Assembly: GCA_012295275.1 (NCBI GenBank)
Contig: CM022679.1
Location: forward strand, 26,164,001 to 26,228,000
From: Chrysomallon squamiferum
Lineage: Eukaryota; Animalia; Mollusca
Reading direction: 5' to 3'
DNA length: 64,000 nt
Part shown: piece by piece, positions 47,058-64,000 of the stretch
Position numbering within the stretch: position 1 is the stretch's first letter
How the letters are laid out: each line of letters starts with the position of its first letter
The notes under the pieces: generated by a model
Told to the model about the DNA's origin: nothing
What the model saw: only the letters and a program-made list of their open reading frames with translations
The model's database searches: none
Made by a program: the position numbers and the translations under genes

Positions 47058-48631
47058 CTAGTGATAAATAATGTAACAGAATATTTTTAGGAAATTATTA
47101 AAATTAATTAACACTAATTTTTACTTATTTAAATAATTTATTTTATTATTTTCTAATTTGTAATCCTAATACAGTTATCTCCCTTTGAGAATGGTACAAA
47201 ATTTTGTTGGCTATTGATTTCAAAGTCTTTGTGTCAGAAGAAACCTAAATTTTTCCAACAGCTGTAAAATTCTGCTTTTAAACAGAAAAGAAAATTTACG
47301 ACATTCTTTGATAATCAAAATCCTGGGATGACTGGAAAAAGGGAATACTGAATAACTGATCCTGCAAGCTACTCAAATCAAGGATATACTACATCCTGAG
47401 ATACAGTGCTTTTTTATTTTTTTTTATGACTTTATTATACTTAAAAAAAAATAATAATAATAAAACATAGAATTTCTAACATTTTATTTCATATATACAT
47501 GTATAAATCATCAAATTCATTGATACATTATTTTCAAGTAGCAACATTTAACTATAAGTTTTTACAAATAAAACCATAAGGGCTAAATTTCTAAACTTAC
47601 ATTCAATTAAAATAAAACTATATACAGTTAATTTTCAATAATGATAAAAAATACATTTTATATTGCATGTATGTAATGATTTAAATACTTTTTTTTTAAA
47701 TTAGTATTCATGTATGCACCTGTGTACTGTTGTTTATATTTAGCAAAAGAAGAATAAAAAAAAACACAACCTTGATTTTGTAAACTATTATTATTGCAAA
47801 ACAAAACCTGAAGTTTGGGAATAATCCTATTTAAAACTATGTACATGAACAAGAAAACTTTTAAAACATAAATACATAAAAAAAAAAACATGGTCAAAGA
47901 TTCAGAAATCTGGAGACATCATTCATTGTAAAAAAAATAATAATAATAAAACAATTTTTATCACTGAAAAGCACTAAATTATGCAGTAATGTTTGCAAAT
48001 TAAGCAGCTAATGTACAGTAAAACAGGAATGTGAAATGAAACAATCTCTAAATAACACATATGTTAGCGTCCGTGATGAAGTACAGGAAATCTAAAACAT
48101 CAGTTCACAGCATAGGAAAAAATAACTTATATACAATTAAAATAGCCTAGAATGACCACAACATATACATTATTACATTACCATTGTAGCTGATAATGCA
48201 GTAAAGATATTTCTTAGAGAAAACTAACATGATGAATATAATGCAGAGCTTATAGGTCTCCTTAAAATTAAATTATCACTAAACATTTTAAAAATATAGG
48301 TGTGACCTGTTATTATTTTGAAACTAAATATCTGTTAGTCAGAGGAGTATAAACAAATATAAATAAATAAATAAATAAATAATCATCATAATCATAACAA
48401 ATTAAACAATTTAGAAATAAATAAAATTAGCAAACATCACAGGCAATGTTTAAAATCTTTTTAAAATTTTATTAAAGGCATTTTTCAATTGTGTTTCAAT
48501 CACTTTCTTGCAATCACTCTTAAAATACTTCTTTCTATTTCCTCTTGTATGTAAAAACAGCCCACTGAAAAATAAAAGTTAAGACTATAATTTGCAATAA
48601 TACAAATGACATTAACAGACTGGGGCTATGG

Positions 48632-48667
<36 letters not shown>

Positions 48668-48960
48668 TACATTTTACTCAGCCTGTTGAAAAATTTGTCT
48701 TTCCAAGTGAAAAAAAAAATAAAAAAAAAGTCAGGAAAAGAAAGAAATGCCCCTTCATGGTTTTTTTATTATTTTATTGTCAAAAATCCATTTTAGATAA
48801 AATTGCTTTTTGTTACAAAACAAACATGGACAAGTATGTAAAATGTATTTAGGCTAAAAAACATACTGATCCATTTTTTCTTCAGCTAAAACATAATTCA
48901 AACAAGTAAAGAGAAGATTAATTAGAGAAGTAGATTAAAACAGATTATACCTGTACCCTA

Positions 48961-57668
<8,708 letters not shown>

Positions 57669-58399
57669 GATGAATCAAGGGACAGATGATGGTTCATTAA
57701 CTGCAGACAAGTTCTGAACTTGCAAACATGAATTACTTAAATTTCTAAAAAGTTAAATAATATTCATTATAATAATGATAATTGTAATTAATATGCTGGC
57801 TAAACTGAGAGTGGGAAATGAACTCATGTAAATAAATTAATATACTTTTAAAATATAATATTGGTACATATAAATTATAATGATATATCAGTAGTCTCAG
57901 TATAGCTATAAAAAAAGGATAATAGTTTTAATTATTAATAATATTTATTTTTTTAAATATAATATCAGAAATAAATTTAAAATGTTAATGTTCCACTATT
58001 ATCATATATTTTTATATTTGTTTCGAATCTTGCAAGCTTGTCAGTAAAACAAAAAGGTTAACTTGTGTAGTTTTACTAAATATTTTACAAATATACAAAA
58101 TAATCATATAAAAGTGTAACAGTGCGACTTTATACAATTGAATTTTTAAAAGTTTACTTTATATTAAATATCAATGTTGAAAAAAAAAGCAATCACTGCC
58201 GTCTTTCAGTTGACAAATAAACAAATTAAAGCAAATAGAAATTAAACGAACTGAACAATCGTCAAAATCGAAAATATAGTTCTTTCGATACCCATAATTT
58301 AATGTATTTGGAAAATCCTCTATGAAAACATAATAAATATACCATGAAATATACTGAAAATGATACCCTTAAACAGAAGATAAACAATACAACATATTC

Positions 58400-58681
58400 T
58401 TACGTCTTTCAAAATCCAAATGTAGACTGATAAACAAGCACCTTGCTGAATTACTAAGTTCGACTTTCAAACTTGGCTCCTCGAATGTGAGTGACCAATC
58501 AGAGACAATTATTTCCGTTTTGTGCAATACGTGAAGGCAAAATGTACGCTGTAATTAAAAAATTTCATTTAACTGTAATAGTTACCTATTAATAATTTGT
58601 TGAGAATTTCTACATATTTTATTTTTATGTGCTATTACAATTAATAAAATTTATTTAATGCGGTACTTGAAGATGTACAAA
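58400..58681. promoter_or_regulatory. Bidirectional promoter between MELK and the head-to-head gene, with CHR-like and CCAAT elements and a probable non-coding MELK first exon
   Basis: Minus-strand donor C|gtaaga at 58404/58403. TTTGAAA on - at 58465-58471 and 58407-58413. GACCAATCAG (NF-Y-type) at 58493-58502. Locally more CpG; partner ATG at 58682. Confidence 0.6.
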
Positions 58682-58699
58682 ATGGCGTCTGATGAAGAA
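58682..58699 (+). CDS. Gene 3 exon 1 (MASDEE)
   Basis: Strong Kozak context caaaATGG; donor GAA|gtgagt. Confidence 0.75.
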
Positions 58700-61600
58700 G
58701 TGAGTGTTGAAAAAATAATGATTGTTTTTATCAGTAACATATATTTTGTCATACAAATATCTTTTTGAAATAGTATTGTAATTTTTATTTTCTTCGTCTA
58801 ACTTGACTGACAAAATAACTTGACGGGTGTTTTGATTTGTGTGCATGAAATGTAGCATAATGGACATTTTTGTTCAATTTTTCAACTTGTTGCTTTTCAT
58901 TGTCATGTTTTGTTTATTATATACATTTCAGTCATCTTGAAACGCACATAGATATAACATATTTTTAAGGGAATAAAGAAAAAATTCATCAAAACATACA
59001 AAATGGCTTTATTTGATTTAATTAGTAATGTAAAAAACATTGTAATTTACATTGGTAATTGAACTAATTCTGTTCTCATCATTAAAAAGTATTTAAATAA
59101 CTGTTAGTTCTTTAAAATAGAATATCGTATCCATTTAAAATATACTTTTTAGATATTATTACAGCAGATATTTATTATTAGTTTTAGATTTTCAGTAAAG
59201 TTATTTCAGATATACAGTTGGATCCTAATTTTTATCAACATTTTGTACTATTTCAATTATGACATTTATAGCTTTCTTTTCATTATAGTGGATTCTATTT
59301 CAGTAAAATTATTATATTTATAGTTATTTGATTATATGACTTACTCAGTTAGTAATGTAAATTTGGCTTTATTTTCCAGGATGAAGATTTAGAAGCTCTG
59401 AAGTTGGCAGCTCTTGCTTCAATGAAAAGAGTAAATAATATTATTTTTGTTTGTTTCTATTTTTAATATAAACATAAATAACTGCTCTAAAATAAAAATT
59501 CGTGTCAATATGTTTTTAAAAAGTTTAGTAACATTGGTTAATTTTTTTTTGTGTACATTTCAGGAATAATAATTGAAAAAATATTCACTATAATTATTCC
59601 CCCCCCTGCAAACTCACCAGAAAAACCAATTTATTGTGTTCTGTTAATAATTACAAGCATTCTGTGGTCATTTTTACATTTTCATTTTCAGAAGCAACAA
59701 GTTAAACCAGTTTTGACTGATGATTTAGAAGATCCAGAACTTGTAGCTCTGAGAGAAGCAGCTCTCCTGACAAAGAAAAACATTGCCAGTGAAAACAAAT
59801 CGGTGAATAAGCATAATTATTAATTAGTTTTCGTGTAGCTGCAGCTTGAAACTGCTTGTTTCAATTTGTAATATTCACATGTTGAATAAGTCTTTGTCAG
59901 TTTGTTAACAGTGATTATATACATGTTTTAATTAAAAAAATGTTTGGTATTAATTTCAACTGGTTTACTGTTTTTATTTAGTTTTCATTCAAGTGCAGTT
60001 TTCATTTTTAAAACTGTTGTAAAATGGTATATGTAATGACTTATTACAGTTACATTCTTTCATATATTTACGAATCTCTGTCACAGTAAAGGAAGCATAC
60101 AAATAGCAAATAAGACTGTTGTACTTTTTGTAAATTTCTATTTTATTTTTTTCATTTTTTTTCTATTAATTTTTTTTTAGGTTGAAAACAATGCACTTAA
60201 AAATGCAGCACCATTTCCTCATTCACTGCTGGATGTTGGCCCACAGTTTGGATTTCCATACAATTATCCACCTCCACAGTCAAACTACAGCACCCCAGTG
60301 TCCTACTCAGTTCCACCTCTACAAACTATTACACTTCCTGCAACTACAACAGCATTTTCAACTGTGGTTTCCCAATCTGCCTCATCGGCTTTACCTCTTT
60401 CAAATCCTGTTCCCCAAAACCAGACTGTAGCTGACAGGGGAGTCTCTCCATTCACAAAGAGTCTGGAAAGGAAGAATGGAAGTAACTTGATAGTGATAAC
60501 ACAGGCTGGTGGGGAGATGGAAAACCCAGACAGCACCCAGTCGGAAACTGACACAAAACCACAGCTTCTTCGACCACAGGAAAAGTGGCTTGGTACCTCA
60601 GATGGAAATAGTTCTACTGCTAGTCCTGCACGACGTCCAAAAAGTTTGTCTTTTTCTTCTCTTTTTTTTTTGTGTGGGAATTTACTTATTTATTTATTTA
60701 TTTATTTATTTATTTGTTTTCTTTTTTAAGAATGTTAACTGTTTCAAACATTAATTATTTTGTCACGTGTCATGTTATATCAAATTTTATTGACTGTTTA
60801 ATCTAAATGTTTGTTTTACATCTAAATTATGTAATAACATTTTTCAAAAATGTTTCTGTTGTTTTTGCTGTTCACTTTGTTATCAGTCATTTCAGTTATT
60901 GATTCGTTGTATTTAATTAATTTCAGCAAGTGACAAATTCAGTCGATTTGATTCAAGTGACAACAGCGACGAATCAGAAAGTGACAGTGATGATGAGCTG
61001 CTGTTCAAGAAAAAAGACAACAGCATCAGCAGCGATGACGAGAATGACTCCAACAAGGAAAACAGTGAAAACACAAGCAGCAGTCCATCTAGTTTATCTA
61101 ACTGTGAAAATGATGAGAATAAAACAACAAGTAATAACGTAGCAGAACACAGTCAGGAAAGGACAGCAAAACCACATTCAAAGGAAAATGTTAATGTGAC
61201 TAGCAGTGAAATGAAACAGAAGACAGAATCGGAAAGTATATGTGATAAATCAGAGTTAAAGAACAGTATTTCCAAAGCTAGCACGACTGTGTTGAATAAT
61301 AATCGTAAAAGAGATTCGGGTGAAAGGAAAGATCGACATTCAAATAGTCCTTCAAGTGACAGAGTTTCAGACCTGTCAGAAAAACTGAGAAACAGAAAAG
61401 CCAAAATGAAAAAGGATTTGTCGGAAAAGTTGTTAAACCGTAAAAAAGATAACGATGAATCAGATAAATCGTTGAATCGGAGTGGCAAGAAAGAGAATGA
61501 TTTGTCGGAAAAATTGTTAAATCGAAAGTTTCGGGTGGAAGGTGACTTGTCAGAAAAACTGTCAAGTCGCAAAGAGGCAAGTAGGAAGAATGTTCAGGAC

Positions 61601-63597
61601 TTGTCTCAGAAATTGACTAGCAGAAAAAACAAACAACCTGTGGAAGAAAACGAGTTATCTTCAGAGGAAAAGTTACCGGCAAAACACGCAGATACTGATA
61701 TTAAATCAGTTGCCGCTGTTTCGCAAGATTCGAAAATTTCTTCAAATGAATGTGTAACGTCTGGAATGACAGAAGAAGAAGCAAAGAAACTTGAGGCCAG
61801 AAAATTGAAATTTGAGACTCAGAAATCATTAGACTTGATGCAAGTTCCACAGACAATATCTCTTAAAAGTATTAAAAAGAGAAAAAAGAAAAAAGTGAAA
61901 GCCTCGAGGTCCCGATCTCGCTCGTTACCTCGGCAATATCGTCATCCCCCTCGCTCACCGTCGCTACCTCGTCAGTACAGAGAAGACAATGTGAGGAAGT
62001 CGAGGTCACCGCACCACGTCACTCGTGACAGATCGCCGTCTTTGCCGAGGCAGTACCGCAGCGAGCTGCGAGACCAACACAAGCAGAGAGACAGGAAAGG
62101 AAACAAAATTGAAACGTTTCATTCTAGCCATAATAACAGTGATAAACACAGAAGAGGTAGCAGGCTCAGGTTAAGTGATAGGTTGGGTAGCAGGAGGCAT
62201 TCTAGCGGTGACAAAAACCGATCAGATAAAAAACAAAATCCAGCAGACAGTGGAGACAGTGATAAAGAATCAGATTCGTGTTCACTGATGAGTGACGTAG
62301 AAAGTGATGATTCGGGAAGGACGATCCTGGCGAAACGAAGCAAATAAAAACCGAGTTCGCAGACGGTCTGTTAGAAACGTTAACCAGATTCCTAACTCTT
62401 TGACTGTTTCTCGTCCATTTGGTGATAGGCAGCATTCTAATAGGAACATTTCACCTCCAGACAGATTCCGCGACAGGAGAAAACGACACGATCATTTCGA
62501 CAGAAACAGATTCCAACCCAAACGTCACCGCTATGATAACTTCACTGTGAAAAGGACAAAGCGGTTTCAGTCTGACGAAAGTGACAATGATGACGATGCT
62601 GAAAATGGAGATAAAAAAATATCAAGCAGTGTTGTGTTGCCAAAGAAAAATATAGCATCGGAACCTCCTCAGGCGGATGAAACCAACACAGATTCAGATT
62701 CTGTCAAAAGATCGCAGTCAACGAAAAGGAACTTATTGCCTGACAAATCAGTGGAACTTAGTGAAAAGCGTAGAGTTGTCAATTCTGATAACAGAATAAA
62801 AACACGACGTGTCACAGCTGATTATGGTTCAGGATTTGATGCCAGGGATTATTTGAAAAGCAGAACAAAGGTGGTGGATGAAAACACAGATGATAAATTG
62901 ATAAGTACTGATTCGGGTGATTCTAGAAATTCAAAAGGAGGGTTACTTGTGACATCACCTGATGAAGACAAGGACGAACATGCCAGGACTTCGGTTCACA
63001 ACCGACTTGGCAGTGTGCTGGGGAAGAGCAAAGAAAAATCAAGAAGCTTGCTGACACCAGTGTTGAAAAATACAGAAGAACGAACTGTAAAGAGAGTCAA
63101 ATCAAAAACAAGGGAAGGTAAGATGGGTGTTTTTAGAATAATAAACACTAAAACACTTTTTTTTAAAAATTGTAACATTTTTTGAATCTGATGAATTTTC
63201 TAAATAAAGAAACTGCACCAGACACTTAATCAAATGATTTAGACTTCTTAATAAAATATTTTATGTCAATTCAGTAATTTGTTCCTTTTTAAATACTGAT
63301 GAAATTTATCAAAATTTAAGGTTTTAAATATCATGTAAATTTACAGTTAGAATAAATTAAACATTATTCAGACAGTATTTTTTTAATATAAATTCATGAG
63401 TTGTGTGGTTTTGTTCAAAGAACATTCTGACCAGTTAGTAAAACAATTTTAATAATGTCAAGTAACTTGTGTTTACAGATGGTTTATACGAAGATGATCT
63501 GGAAATAAGAATTAAACAAATCAAAGAGAAGAATGCAGCCATCTTGAGAAGACAAGAAGAGATCAAAAGAGACAAAGAACGTTTTGGATATAAATGA
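58682..63597 (+). CDS. Uncharacterised ~983 aa charged/RS-rich protein with N-terminal L..L(R/K).AAL helices and C-terminal CCDC9-like coiled coil; one-base frame break near 62310-62345
   Basis: caaaATGGCG start. Exons 58682-58699, 59380-59430, 59692-59802, 60181-60643, 60927-63117, 63479-63597 have canonical AG/GT junctions and matching phases. Total 2953 nt (3n+1), consistent with a single indel between ORFs 61196..62347 and 62304..63185. Last exon DGLYEDDLEIRIKQIKEKNAAILRRQEEIKRDKERFGYK*. Confidence 0.8.
59380..59430 (+). CDS. Gene 3 exon 2 (DEDLEALKLAALASMKR)
   Basis: ttttccag|GAT...AGA|gtaaat; 51 nt, phase 0-0. Confidence 0.8.
59692..59802 (+). CDS. Gene 3 exon 3 (KQQVKPVLTDDLEDPELVALREAALLTKK...)
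   Basis: cattttcag|AAG...TCG|gtgaat; 111 nt, phase 0-0. Confidence 0.78.
60181..60643 (+). CDS. Gene 3 exon 4 (Pro/Ser/Thr-rich; SNLIVI and LLRPQEKW motifs)
   Basis: tttttag|GTT...AAAA|gtttgt; 463 nt open frame. Confidence 0.8.
60927..63117 (+). CDS. Gene 3 large exon 5 (acidic, DLSEKL repeats, RS-rich), contains the frame break
   Basis: tttcag|CAAGTGACAAATTC (SDKFSRFDSSD...). Open to TAA 62345-62347 in frame A; frame B open from 62304 to donor GAAG|gtaaga at 63117. Confidence 0.78.
63479..63597 (+). CDS. Gene 3 terminal exon, CCDC9-like coiled coil
   Basis: gtttacag|AT GGT...; in phase with frame B donor; TGA at 63595-63597. Confidence 0.82.
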
Positions 63598-64000
63598 AAT
63601 TTAACACAATACAACAACAAGAGTCTCCAGCATTCCAATACTGATCTCAGAACTGATCATATTCTAATATGAATTCTGACAATGACAGTTAACTAATTAA
63701 TGATTCAAATCATTTTTGTTCCTTCTTTCCCTGTCACTAAGTTAACAAACACTAATTTGGTTTTCTTTCTCATCCATCTGTTTTGTAATAATCCAGAGCC
63801 CAGAATTTTTCATCAGCATGCAGTGAAATGGTACTAATGAAGTCGATACTTTTAAAAAATTTCTTTCTGTTGAATAATTGTGCAGTTTTGTTGTGTATTT
63901 TATCATTTATGAAAAATAAAATGTGTTGTTTATCTTTAACAGAATTAACAAAAGCAGAAAGATTGGTTTTTACTAATATAGAAAGGGCACATGGTTTCAT

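Noticed and set aside
47480-47660. Cytoplasmic polyadenylation elements near a possible MELK AATAAA (47483-47488, minus strand)
   Set aside because: Plausible for a maternal mRNA, but U-rich hexamers are ubiquitous at this AT content and the 3' end is unknown
62304-62319. GT...AG micro-intron that would repair the gene 3 frame
   Set aside because: Only 16 nt, with no pyrimidine tract or branch site; too short for normal spliceosomal removal
63770-64000. Minus-strand ORF at the window edge
   Set aside because: AT-rich, no motif; more likely 3' UTR or intergenic sequence downstream of gene 3

Overview
AT-rich, microsatellite-dense animal genomic DNA with spliceosomal introns, probably a mollusc or other lophotrochozoan (inference). 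Nearly all ORFs in the supplied track are artefacts of simple repeats. Three spliced genes can be rebuilt by hand. (1) The 3' part of a Pax2/5/8 gene on + (7 exons, 3514-20787; the paired box lies upstream of the window). (2) A complete 14-coding-exon MELK kinase gene on - (57668-48961, 664 aa), facing Pax2/5/8 tail-to-tail across a ~28 kb interval with no recognisable coding exons, as PAX5 and MELK do in human. (3) An uncharacterised ~983 aa RS-rich/charged protein on + (58682-63597) with a CCDC9-like C-terminal coiled coil, head-to-head with MELK and with a one-base frame break inside its largest exon. Also present: a GC-AG intron, a tandemly duplicated splice donor and a Tc2-like MITE in MELK, a CHR/CCAAT cell-cycle promoter, a divergent pair of CTCF-like motifs in a Pax intron, many CpG-rich candidate enhancer blocks and several repeats. 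No RNA genes, CRISPR arrays or prokaryotic features were seen. I found nothing I can defend as a wholly new biological system. The strongest leads are the deep Pax2/5/8-MELK linkage with its regulatory interval and the frame-broken third gene.
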